Shown here piece after piece: positions 8,713 to 18,093 of a stretch of 64,000 bases of DNA. Below the pieces are notes generated by a model. That model saw only the letters and a program-made list of their open reading frames with translations, searched no databases and had not been told where the DNA came from. This DNA is from Bacillota bacterium (GTDB taxonomy: Bacteria; Bacillota; DTU025), in contig JBMNJT010000002.1 of the NCBI GenBank assembly GCA_050951805.1, positions 1,248,001-1,312,000 on the forward strand, in the 5' to 3' direction. The first letter of the stretch is position 1. Each line of letters begins with the position of its first letter. Made by a program: the position numbers and the translations under genes.

Positions 8713-10276
8713 CAGGAATTCCGCATATGCGTTTCGGCCTGGCAGGATACGGCATGCAGATGCCGCATGGTGTATAGCAATAAACCCCAGGCCCAATTGC
8801 ATCGTCTTCCATAGGTTCTCCCAGTCTACCTCGCCAACTTGCCGCTTGTTCAACCAGGGCTGGCTCTCGGGAGCAACTCAGTTATGGGCTGGCATAGCGT
8901 TTCCATCCCCACTAGCATCTGTCTTGCCAGCTCTTTCAGCGTTACGCCTCTTCCAGGAGCATCTTTCAGGTTCCTGTAGGCGAACAGCATCATCAGGTTG
9001 AAAACGATGCAGAACAAGGCATACATCGTCTGTATACCGTTAATGTCGTGCGTGTAGCAGTGATCAAAGCCCCAGTTCTGCTTGAGGTCGTTGAAGATCG
9101 AGTTCTCGATATCCCAGCGGCGGTGCATTATCTGCCAGACGATTGCCGCATTCACAATGCTTTTGGGAGCGGTCGTTACGATATGGTATACTGTCGGCTC
9201 AACCTTGACGACTTCGCCACGGCACGTCGTAATCTTGGTTTCAACGACCTTCAGGCACCGCAGCGGACGATCTACGCCATCCCAGCTTGTGAAGCCTTCT
9301 TCATCCCATATCTCTACGCTGTAGGTCACCCCATGGTTGATCGGGATGGGTTCGCCTTTCGGTGTTATTATCCCCACAAGCTCCACATCTGGGGAGCGAT
9401 CGGCCACGAGCCCATCCATGTCGCGTACCAGGTGGTAGTTGTCCTGTTTCAACTTTATGATGATCCACTTGCCAAGGGCGCTTACGGCGTTTATGAACGG
9501 CGCCTGGGCATACAGGGCATCCGCGCATATCATGTCGCAATATCGCCAGTTGCGATGCTGAGCCTTCCCCAAGAGCCGAATTGCCGCCGTAACCTCATCC
9601 TCCCCGGGCTCGATGCGCTCAATGTCCAAGATCAGGTGAGGGTGAGCACCTACGTAGGACAGCACCGCTGCACGTTCGTAATATTCGACCGCTCCGTTTG
9701 ACAGCGTACGCTTGGACCATTTGAGCGCCTCGACGGACGATGCTGCCGTTATAGGATCTGAATCCGCTGTAGTCGGCGACTGCCAGCCAGCGTCCCAAGG
9801 TATCAGCGCTAGGCTTTTTTCGGGTATGTATAAACCTGGCGAGCTCGCCGCTCTTTCCCTGCGTTCGATCTGGTACAAACTGCCCACTCTAGCTGCAATG
9901 GAGGCGACAAAAAGTGCTATAATGGTTGCACAAGGGTAATGTGGGTTCACTCTTGAGTTACGACATCCCGTAGCGAACTCATGCAGCCCAAACACCTTGT
10001 TTGCGTAATCAACAAATTGCTTTAGTCTATTCATCTTCCCCGCACCTTTGTTTTAACTTGCTGGGTTGAATGTCGAACAACTTCGACCTTAGGTGCGGGG
10101 ATTCTTTCTATCTCCAATCAGGGAATTACCCCCTCATATTGCTCTTCTGATAAGTTGCAATCGTACCACTTGAACGACATCATTTTCGAAAGTCCCTAGA
10201 ACACTGGTAATCGTCCCCGGCCAGTATCATGCAGCACTTCCGAACTCCTCACAATCTACGGCATGCGGAACTTCTG
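8713..10276 (-). mobile_element. CAG-ended DDE insertion sequence, copy A (defective, 1564 bp)
   Basis: Near-identical inverted copy of 13542-15253; TIRs CAGAAGTTCCGCAT and CAGGAATTCCGCAT; flanked by GGCCAGCAA at 8703-8711 and 10277-10285. Confidence 0.92.
8850..10034 (-). pseudogene. Transposase of copy A, lacking the first catalytic Asp
   Basis: Compared with copy B: 1-bp deletion plus a 101-bp deletion that removes AIDGT, and a 3-bp insertion. Confidence 0.85.
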
Positions 10277-10291
10277 GGCCAGCAAAGGGTG

Positions 10292-11638
10292 TTACAACAC
10301 GCTACCTCTTTCGATAACGCTCCTATACCACCTGGCACTGGATTTTGGGATCCTCTTGAGAGTAGTATAGTCAACGTAGATTATCCCAAACCTCTTGGAA
10401 TAGCCGAAAGCCCATTCGAAGTTGTCAAGTATTGACCAGAGATAGTATCCTTCCACCTCCACACCGTCTTGCATCGCCCTATGCAATTGGATAAGGTGGG
10501 CGCGGATATACTCCATGCGTTCTCGGTCGTCGACTAAGCCTCCAGAGCTTACCTGATCGTCGTAGGCAGCCCCGTTTTCCGTGATAAAGACGGCGGGAGG
10601 ATCGTAGTCTTGCTCGATCCGGAGCAAGAGGTCGTACAGTCCTTCAGGATAAACCTCCCAACCCATTGCGGTTACAGGCCTGTTCGTCCTTACATGAGAG
10701 AGTTCGAGAGGCTGTGCCTCTGGGTCGGCTTTTACCACGGCCCTGCTGTAATAGTTGACTCCCAAGAAATCGGTTGGAGTCGAGATGATTCCCATGTCTT
10801 CAATACTTATAGATGGTGCACCGAAGGCCCGCAAATAAAGCTCCATGATATCTTCTGGATATGAGCCTAGAAAGAGCGGATCCGCATACCACCGGTTCAG
10901 ACAGCCGTCCCACCGTCGTGCGGCCAATACGTCGCACTCATTGGAAGATGCGGGATAGACCGGACTCATGTTCAGGGTTATCCCTATGCGGGCACCTTGC
11001 CGGGAAAGGTCCCTGAAAGCCCTCACAGCTTCTCCATGCGATAGAAGGATATTGTGAGCTGCCGCAAGGGCTGACGGCATGTGGGAGACACCAGGAGCGT
11101 GCTCTCCTGTCCCGTAGCCCAAGGTTGCAGCCACCCATGGTTCGTTGTGTGTTATCCAGAGATCAACTCTATCTCCCAAGGCTTCAAACATGTAGGCTGC
11201 GTAATCAACAAAGTATTTTGCTGTGTCGCGGGCTATCCACCCTCCCTTATCCTGTAAAGCCTGGGGAAGGTCCCAATGGTACAGAGTCGCCATCGGCCTT
11301 ATGCCGGCTGCAAGCAACTCGTCTACAAGCCTATTGTAGAAATCGACGCCTTTTACGTTCGGGCGTCCGCCTCCGACGGGGAATATCCTTGGCCATGCAA
11401 TGGAGAAGCGATATGAATTGAGCTTCAATGATTCCATCAAGGAGACATCCTCTGAGAATCTATGATAATGATCGCATGCGATGGCCGGAGTGTCTCCGTT
11501 CACGATCTTCCCCGGGATGCGACAAAACCTGTCCCATATGGATTCGCCTTTGCCGTCTTCTAGCGTAGCACCTTCAATCTGGCATGAAGACGATGCTGCT
11601 CCCCAGAGAAAACCATCAGGGAATGTGTGTAGCGTCAA
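10292..11638 (-). CDS. bglA: GH1 beta-glucosidase
   Basis: FLWGAA..S.QIEG, TLYHWDLP, acid/base THNEP, nucleophile ITENG, DNFEW. Confidence 0.95.
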   Translation of the reverse strand: MTLHTFPDGFLWGAASSSCQIEGATLEDGKGESIWDRFCRIPGKIVNGDTPAIACDHYHRFSEDVSLMESLKLNSYRFSIAWPRIFPVGGGRPNVKGVDFYNRLVDELLAAGIRPMATLYHWDLPQALQDKGGWIARDTAKYFVDYAAYMFEALGDRVDLWITHNEPWVAATLGYGTGEHAPGVSHMPSALAAAHNILLSHGEAVRAFRDLSRQGARIGITLNMSPVYPASSNECDVLAARRWDGCLNRWYADPLFLGSYPEDIMELYLRAFGAPSISIEDMGIISTPTDFLGVNYYSRAVVKADPEAQPLELSHVRTNRPVTAMGWEVYPEGLYDLLLRIEQDYDPPAVFITENGAAYDDQVSSGGLVDDRERMEYIRAHLIQLHRAMQDGVEVEGYYLWSILDNFEWAFGYSKRFGIIYVDYTTLKRIPKSSARWYRSVIERGSVL

Positions 11639-11768
11639 GTTGCATCACCTACTTTCAGCGATAATTCCAAACTTCAACACAGGGCGACGAATCCCTCCGA
11701 CCCCAGCGAGGTTGGAGATGCATATTACTTCAACCGCAGATTTGGGCAGAAGCTCCGGGCACGGTCAT

Positions 11769-13532
11769 GATGGTGTAACTTTAGAGTAGGACGGGGAGAG
11801 GGAACGGGTTAGCGACGAAGAAGAGAGACCACAAAGTCCTGGAAGACGTTCCTGAGCGGGACGTCGCGGTGAAGTAATCCACCATCCAGCGCCCAGAAAG
11901 GTGGTCTCTCTATGGATGAGTTTATTCGTCGTGTTATGGATGCATTCCTGCAAGGGGTAGAGGATGTTGTGGCCGCTTTGTGCAAGGGGATGTCTGCTCC
12001 GGAGGCGGAAATGATGATCAAGGAACGTTGCGACAACCTTGCGGTAGCAATGTATTCGGAATACCTGAAAGAAGTGGACAGGCAGGTGCGTAACGACTTA
12101 GAGAACCGTAAGGGCTGGGTTGTGAACAAAAGAAGAGACAGCCGTTCAATCTTGAGCATCATGGGAAACGTTGAATATGAACGAACTTACTACCACAACG
12201 AAGGGACAGGCGAGTACCGGCACTTGTCAGATGATGTATGCGGGATAACGCCCCATGCACGCATTACGCCACTCTTCAGAGCGAACCTTGTGGAGAACTC
12301 ATGTGATATGTCGTATGGAAAGGCGGGCGAACTCACGGGGAGGTGCGCAGTAAGCGATCAAACTGTTATGAATTCGCTGAAGAAGCTCAAATTGGATCTG
12401 CCGACAAGTAATGACGGTGCACCAGCCCAAGAGAAGCGGAAGGTTAAGAAGCTGTATATCGAGGCCGACGAAGATCATCTCAGCGGGAATAGGAATAAGC
12501 GAATGCGGTTAGAACCGAAGCTTGTATACGTTCATGAGGGTCGAAAGAGGGTTGGACGTGGCCGCACCGAGCTGGTGCACGCGAAATACTTTGGAGGAAT
12601 GTACAAGGACCCTGAGGAGCTCTGGTGGGAAGTATACTGGTACATAGAGCAGACTTATGATATCGACTCCATAGAGATAATCTTCGTCACTGGGGATGGA
12701 GCCAACTGGATAACGTTTGGGGCCGAATTCATGGTGAATGGGGTGCGCTTGCCTGACCTGTTCCATCTACGCAAATACATTGTAGCTGCTTGTCATGGCG
12801 ATAAAAAACTGATGAGCAAGCTATGGAAGGCAGTAGATTCAGCAGAGCGCAGCAAAACCTTCGAGATTCTGGATGAAGCGGGATCCACCACGGTAACTAA
12901 GGGTCAGGCAAAATCCGTTGAGAGATGCCGCACTTACATATCGAATATGTGGGGCGCAATCGAAAACCGGCGGAGGTATTACCAGGAAGTAGTAGGTTGC
13001 AGTGCAGAAGGCCATGTAAGCCACATCTATTCGGATCGCATGTCCAGCCGCCCGATGTCATGGTCCGAGGAAGGGGCCAACATCATGGCCAAGCTGCGAG
13101 TGAAAAAGGCCAACGGCGAATCTGTAAGTGCCTGCGCCTTACCCAGCACAGCTCCCCGATTTGGGAGCATTAAGATCGACCAGGGTAAAGCTCAACAGCT
13201 ATGCTCGGAGGCAAAGACTATGGTTAGAACTAGCGGGAAGTGTCTGTGCAACCAGCTGGGCAACGTGCCAGTCCTAAAGGGCAAGGCCAGCTTTACTGCG
13301 CGGGTATTCAGGGAACTTCGGGATTCTATAGCCATATGATATGGGTCCGTTGTTGACGGCCATTGTGATTTTCCCGAGGGGGAATACGCTACTTCGCATC
13401 ACTCATATGCAACCAGCATCAAACAATAGCGCTGGATAAAACAAGCTTATACGGTTTTAACGACAGAGTCGGCATACCGGGATTAGCCAATGGTCTCTTA
13501 GCTGTTCTTTCCTACAGTAGGTTGACGCCGTC
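11769..13532 (+). mobile_element. ISLre2-family (Mutator-like) insertion sequence
   Basis: 23-bp imperfect TIRs GATGGTGTAACTTTAGAGTAGGA and GACGGCGTCAACCTACTGTAGGA (rc); 9-bp direct repeat CACGGTCAT at 11760-11768 and 13533-13541. Confidence 0.9.
11912..13339 (+). CDS. ISLre2 family transposase (UPF0236)
   Basis: LYIEADEDH, GDGANWI, DLFH, GCSAEGHVSHIYSDRMSSRPMSWS. Confidence 0.92.
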   Translation: MDEFIRRVMDAFLQGVEDVVAALCKGMSAPEAEMMIKERCDNLAVAMYSEYLKEVDRQVRNDLENRKGWVVNKRRDSRSILSIMGNVEYERTYYHNEGTGEYRHLSDDVCGITPHARITPLFRANLVENSCDMSYGKAGELTGRCAVSDQTVMNSLKKLKLDLPTSNDGAPAQEKRKVKKLYIEADEDHLSGNRNKRMRLEPKLVYVHEGRKRVGRGRTELVHAKYFGGMYKDPEELWWEVYWYIEQTYDIDSIEIIFVTGDGANWITFGAEFMVNGVRLPDLFHLRKYIVAACHGDKKLMSKLWKAVDSAERSKTFEILDEAGSTTVTKGQAKSVERCRTYISNMWGAIENRRRYYQEVVGCSAEGHVSHIYSDRMSSRPMSWSEEGANIMAKLRVKKANGESVSACALPSTAPRFGSIKIDQGKAQQLCSEAKTMVRTSGKCLCNQLGNVPVLKGKASFTARVFRELRDSIAI

Positions 13533-13541
13533 CACGGTCAT

Positions 13542-15253
13542 CAGAAGTTCCGCATGCCGTAGACTGTGAGGAGTTCGGAAGTGTTGCATGATACTGGCCG
13601 GGGACGATTACCAGTGTTCTAGGGACTTTCGAAAATGATGTCGTTCAAGTGGTACGATTGCAACTTATCAGAAGAGCAATATGAGGGGGTAATTCCCTGA
13701 TTGGAGATAGAAAGAATCCCCGCACCTAAGGTCGAAGTTGTTCGACATTCAACCCAGCAAGTTAAAACAAAGGTGCGGGGAAGATGAATAGACTAAAGCA
13801 ATTTGTTGATTACGCAAACAAGGTGTTTGGGCTGCATGAGTTCGCTACGGGATGTCGTGACTCAAGAGTGAACCCACAGTATCCCTGTGCAACCATTATA
13901 GCACTTTTTGTCGCCTCCATTGCAGCTAGAGTGGGCAGTTTGTACCAGATCGAACGCATGGGAAAAAGCGGCGAGCTCGACAGGTTTATACATACCCGAA
14001 AAAAGCCTAGCGCTGATACCTTGGGACGCTGGCTGGCAGTCGCCGACTACAGCGGATTCAGATCCTATAACGGCAGCATCGTCCAAAAGGCGAGGAGGAA
14101 CAAGGTTCACGCATATGGGACTATCTGCGGGTGGCGGGTTGCCGCGATAGACGGCACGGAGACCTTTTGCACCCAGAGCCCGACGGCCGAGGCGCTCAAA
14201 TGGTCCAAGCGTACGCTGTCAAACGGAGCGGTCGAATATTACGAACGTGCAGCGGTGCTGTCCTACGTAGGCGCTCACCCTCACCTGATCTTGGACATTG
14301 AGCGGATCGAGCCCGGGGAGGGTGAGGTTACGGCGGCAATTCGGCTCTTGGGGAAGGCTCAGCATCGCAACTGGCGATATTGCGACATGATATGCGCGGA
14401 TGCCCTGTATGCCCAGGCGCCGTTCATAAACGCCGTAAGCGCCCTTGGCAAGTGGATCATCATAAAGTTGAAACAGGACAACTACCACCTGGTGCGCGAC
14501 ATGGATGGGCTCGTGGCCGATCGCTCCCCAGATGTGGAGCTTGTGGGGATAACGCCGAAAGGCGAACCCATCCCGATCAACCATGGGGTGACCTACAGCG
14601 TAGAGATATGGGATGAAGAAGGCTTCACAAGCTGGGATGGCGTAGATCGTCCGCTGCGGTGCCTGAAGGTCGTTGAAACCAAGATTACGACGTGCCGTGG
14701 CGAAGTCGTCAAGGTTGAGCCGACAGTATACCATATCGTAACGACCGCTCCCAAAAGCATTGTGAATGCGGCAATCGTCTGGCAGATAATGCACCGCCGC
14801 TGGGATATCGAGAACTCGATCTTCAACGACCTCAAGCAGAACTGGGGCTTTGATCACTGCTACACGCACGACATTAACGGTATACAGACGATGTATGCCT
14901 TGTTCTGCATCGCTTTCAACCTGATGATGCTGTTCGCCTACAGGAACCTGAAAGATGCTCCTGGAAGAGGCGTAACGCTGAAAGAGCTGGCAAGACAGAT
15001 GCTAGTGGGGATGGAAACGCTATGCCAGCCCATAACTGAGTTGCTCCCGAGAGCCAGCCCTGGTTGAACAAGCGGCAAGTTGGCGAGGTAGACTGGGAGA
15101 ACCTATGGAAGACGATCTCCGGTCCCCCATAACAGCGGATTTGGGGGAAAGGGGGATGTATCAGCGCAATTGGGCCTGGGGTTTATTGCTATACACCATG
15201 CGGCATCTGCATGCCGTATCCTGCCAGGCCGAAACGCATATGCGGAATTCCTG
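13542..15253 (+). mobile_element. CAG-ended DDE insertion sequence, copy B (intact, 1712 bp); probably ISNCY/ISMae2-like
   Basis: TIRs start with CAG; flanking direct repeat CCACGGTCAT at 13532-13541 and 15254-15263; group assignment inferred from size, ends and motifs. Confidence 0.9.
13784..15067 (+). CDS. DDE transposase (DDE_Tnp_1-like)
   Basis: AIDGT, ADALYA, RRWDIENSIFNDLK motifs. Confidence 0.9.
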   Translation: MNRLKQFVDYANKVFGLHEFATGCRDSRVNPQYPCATIIALFVASIAARVGSLYQIERMGKSGELDRFIHTRKKPSADTLGRWLAVADYSGFRSYNGSIVQKARRNKVHAYGTICGWRVAAIDGTETFCTQSPTAEALKWSKRTLSNGAVEYYERAAVLSYVGAHPHLILDIERIEPGEGEVTAAIRLLGKAQHRNWRYCDMICADALYAQAPFINAVSALGKWIIIKLKQDNYHLVRDMDGLVADRSPDVELVGITPKGEPIPINHGVTYSVEIWDEEGFTSWDGVDRPLRCLKVVETKITTCRGEVVKVEPTVYHIVTTAPKSIVNAAIVWQIMHRRWDIENSIFNDLKQNWGFDHCYTHDINGIQTMYALFCIAFNLMMLFAYRNLKDAPGRGVTLKELARQMLVGMETLCQPITELLPRASPG

Positions 15254-15271
15254 CCACGGTCATCCCGCGCC

Positions 15272-15300
15272 TTGACAATGGCTCTGATGGGTTGTAGAAT
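15272..15300 (+). promoter_or_regulatory. sigmaA promoter of tRNA-Trp
   Basis: TTGACA-17 nt-TAGAAT. Confidence 0.85.
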
Positions 15301-15330
15301 CTATTTAGTCGCAAGATGAAGTCTTTTCGC

Positions 15331-15406
15331 AGGGGAGTAGCTCAATTGGTAGAGCATCGGTCTCCAAAACCGAGGGCTGCGGGTTCGAGTCCTGTCTCCC
15401 CTGCCA
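15331..15406 (+). tRNA. trnW: tRNA-Trp (CCA)
   Basis: 76-nt cloverleaf AGGGGAG/CTCCCCT, anticodon loop CTCCAAA, GGTTCGAGTCC T-arm, encoded CCA end. Confidence 0.97.
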
Positions 15407-15413
15407 TTATTTC

Positions 15414-15451
15414 AAAAGCCACCTGGCTAAGCTCAGGTGGCTTTTGCTTTT
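15414..15451. terminator. Bidirectional intrinsic terminator
   Basis: AAAAGCCACCTG...CAGGTGGCTTTT followed by a T tract. Confidence 0.85.
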
Positions 15452-15474
15452 GTTCGTGTGCTTAGGCGTGCGCT

Positions 15475-16137
15475 TTAAACAACGGTCATGACTCCTACTT
15501 CATCCGGAATATACAGCCTTGCTTCTGTTGCAGCCAGGACCTCTCCTATCGTCACGTCTGGCGCAATTTCGCGCAGCACCGCCCCTTCAGGGGTAAACTC
15601 TATGACGCAGAGTTCCGTGACGAGCAGGTCTACTTCGGCTGTGGCGGTCAATGGCAAAGTGCATTTGCGCACCACTTTCGATCGGCCGTCTTTGGTCCTA
15701 TGTTCCATTGCTACGATGACTCGCTTTGCGCCTACTACGAGATCCATTGCGCCGCCCATTCCGATTATCCGTCCCGGAACGGCCCAATTGGCTAGATTTC
15801 CGTCCTGATCCACTTGTAACCCGCCGAGGATTGTTACATCCACGTGCCCTCCGCGGACTATCGCAAAGGACGTTGCTGAATCGAAGAATGCCCCGCCAGG
15901 CTTTATGGAAGAAGGTTGTCCGCCGGCGTTCACAAGATCCGGGTCTTCACGACCCGGTTCCGGAGGATCTCCCATGCCTACAAAGCCGTTCTCTGAGTGA
16001 AGGATAATGTTCACGTCGTGAGCAAGATGGTTCACGACGAAGGTCGGCAGGCCGATTCCAACGTTCACGACCTGTCCGGACTTGAGTTCTTGTGCTACTC
16101 TCCGTACGATAAGCTCTCGAGGTTCTATTGCCGCCAC
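15475..16137 (-). CDS. atoA: Butyrate-acetoacetate CoA-transferase beta subunit
   Basis: VNVGIGLPT, catalytic SENG, GGHVD, GMGGAMDL. Confidence 0.9.
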   Translation of the reverse strand: MAAIEPRELIVRRVAQELKSGQVVNVGIGLPTFVVNHLAHDVNIILHSENGFVGMGDPPEPGREDPDLVNAGGQPSSIKPGGAFFDSATSFAIVRGGHVDVTILGGLQVDQDGNLANWAVPGRIIGMGGAMDLVVGAKRVIVAMEHRTKDGRSKVVRKCTLPLTATAEVDLLVTELCVIEFTPEGAVLREIAPDVTIGEVLAATEARLYIPDEVGVMTVV

Positions 16138-16138
16138 T

Positions 16139-16798
16139 TCAGCTCACCCCTACAACTGCGTCTACGAATATGCCAGGGGTCATCACGTGATCTGGATCGA
16201 TACCGCCTATATCACGGATCTCGCTGGCCTCCGCTACGACGTAGTCAGCTGCCATAGCCATGAGCGGATTGAAGTTTCGAGCCGATTTGCGATACACCAA
16301 GTTGCCTGCGCGGTCTGCCACGTGTGCTCGAAGAAGTGCGATGTCTGCTCTCAGTGGAAGCTCTAGAAGATATGTATGACCTTCCAACTCCAGCTTGATC
16401 TTCCCTTCTTCGGCTATGGTTCCCACGCCTGTAGGCGTCAGTATGCCCCCAAGTCCGGCTCCTCCGGCGCGTATTCTCTCTGCCAGTGAGCCTTGGGGAC
16501 ACAATTCCACCGCGAGTTTTCCCTCGTCTTTCTGAGCGATTGCAGTGGGGTTCATACCCATGTAGCAGCAGATGAGCGTAGATACTTGCCCGTTGGCGAA
16601 TAGTCTCCCGTATCCCCGATCAGGCATCGCTGTGTCATTCACAATCAATGTAAGATCGCGGACTCCCCTTCGTATCACCTCGTCTACGAGCGTCTCTGGC
16701 GAGCCCACCGCCAGAAAGCCACCGATCATCAGAGTCATGCCGTCGGTAAGGCCTTCGAGCGCTTGGTCAAGCGTTCTCAGCTTTGGCACGCTTAGCAC
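16139..16798 (-). CDS. atoD: Butyrate-acetoacetate CoA-transferase alpha subunit
   Basis: MIGGF..G.P, PQGSLAERIRAGG.G, TGVGT, ARNFNP. Confidence 0.9.
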   Translation of the reverse strand: MLSVPKLRTLDQALEGLTDGMTLMIGGFLAVGSPETLVDEVIRRGVRDLTLIVNDTAMPDRGYGRLFANGQVSTLICCYMGMNPTAIAQKDEGKLAVELCPQGSLAERIRAGGAGLGGILTPTGVGTIAEEGKIKLELEGHTYLLELPLRADIALLRAHVADRAGNLVYRKSARNFNPLMAMAADYVVAEASEIRDIGGIDPDHVMTPGIFVDAVVGVS

Positions 16799-16807
16799 TC
16801 ACCTCCG

Positions 16808-17623
16808 TTATTTCTTGAGCTCCAGCATCTCCCTGGCTTCGTCCGGAGTGGCAACGTCCCTGCCTAGTTCACCTGCAATTCGAGCAATTCTGGCAACAAG
16901 CTGGGCATTGCTTTTTGCGAGGACACCACGGGAATAGTAGATGTTGTCCTCAAAACCCACTCGCACGTTGCCGCCTAGCACTATGGCAACAGCTGCAAGC
17001 TGAAGTTCAGCCCTGCCTATGCCAGCAACCTGCCACATGGTTCCAGGCGGGAGACTGTTGACGCAATGCATCAGGTCGGGCACGGTTCCAGGTATGCCTC
17101 CTGGCACGCCCATAACGAAATCAAAATACAGGGGTTCTTCTACAATATTTCGTTTGGCAAGTCGAAGTGCATTCGCTATGTGCCCAACGTCGAAGCACTC
17201 CAGTTCTGGCTTGACCCCTTTTTCCTTCATCCTGACCGCCAGGGCCTCGATTGCCTGTGGTTCGTTCATGAATACCTCATCACCGAAGTTGACTGTGCCT
17301 GTTGTGAGCGTGGCCATCTCAGGAGCGAGGTCAAGGGGACGCATTCGTTCCTCAATCGGAGTTCCTACTGCGCCTCCAGTCGAGATCTGCACGATTACGT
17401 CTGTTCGTTTTTTGATCTCTTCTATTGTCTTGCGGAATACCTCAATGTCCTGGGTTGGCTTGCCTTCCTCGTCTCTCACGTGCAGATGGACGATTGAGGC
17501 CCCCGCATTCCTGGCCTCCTCTGCGGCTTTGCCGATCTCTGCGGGGCTGAGTGGAAGGTAAGGCGCCTGTTCCCTTGAAAGTTCCGCCCCTACTAGGGCT
17601 GCAGTGATAATGAGTTTGTCCAA
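16808..17623 (-). CDS. kce: 3-keto-5-aminohexanoate cleavage enzyme
   Basis: KLIITAA.VGAE, AGASIVHLHVR, STGG, RVGFEDN; TTG start after SD AAGGAGG. Confidence 0.93.
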   Translation of the reverse strand: MDKLIITAALVGAELSREQAPYLPLSPAEIGKAAEEARNAGASIVHLHVRDEEGKPTQDIEVFRKTIEEIKKRTDVIVQISTGGAVGTPIEERMRPLDLAPEMATLTTGTVNFGDEVFMNEPQAIEALAVRMKEKGVKPELECFDVGHIANALRLAKRNIVEEPLYFDFVMGVPGGIPGTVPDLMHCVNSLPPGTMWQVAGIGRAELQLAAVAIVLGGNVRVGFEDNIYYSRGVLAKSNAQLVARIARIAGELGRDVATPDEAREMLELKK

Positions 17624-17627
17624 TTGA

Positions 17628-18068
17628 TTAGCCCTCCTTCTTAGTGGTCTCCGCGTCCTGCCCACAGCCGCAGCAATTGCCTTGCTTGCGTTGCTTATCC
17701 TTCGGGACAACACAGGTCCCACTGGCGCGGGCAACAAGGAGAGGCTCCTCCAGAATAAAGGCTGCTGAAGGATCCTTTGGATCACGGCATGCTTCTATGA
17801 CTTTGTGGGCTTCAAAGGTCATTGCCCGAGAAGTATTGCCCGTTCTCACAATGCGTCCGCGGGCTTCGATATAGTCGCCCGCATAGACAGGGGCCTTAAA
17901 CTCCACCATGTCATATGCGACGAAAAGCCCCTCATCTCCGTCGTGCCTTATAAGGAGTTCAGTGGCGACGTCGCCGAACAGCTGCATTAGCTTGGCGCCG
18001 TCCACCAGATCTCCGCCGTAATGGGCGTCAGACTGACTCATCCTGACCCTGATCATGACTTCTTCCAT
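17628..18068 (-). CDS. kal: 3-aminobutyryl-CoA ammonia-lyase (hotdog fold)
   Basis: [29 protein letters not shown]. Confidence 0.93.
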   Translation of the reverse strand: MEEVMIRVRMSQSDAHYGGDLVDGAKLMQLFGDVATELLIRHDGDEGLFVAYDMVEFKAPVYAGDYIEARGRIVRTGNTSRAMTFEAHKVIEACRDPKDPSAAFILEEPLLVARASGTCVVPKDKQRKQGNCCGCGQDAETTKKEG

Positions 18069-18093
18069 GGTATTCTCCTTTCGTCCACTCCCC

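Noticed and set aside
8713-15253. Composite transposon carrying bglA between two inverted IS copies
   Set aside because: Each copy has its own flanking target duplication and the outer flanks do not match, so these are independent insertions.
15331-15406. tRNA-Trp as an integration site of a genomic island
   Set aside because: No integrase nearby and no duplicated tRNA 3' end seen; the IS elements lie upstream of its promoter.
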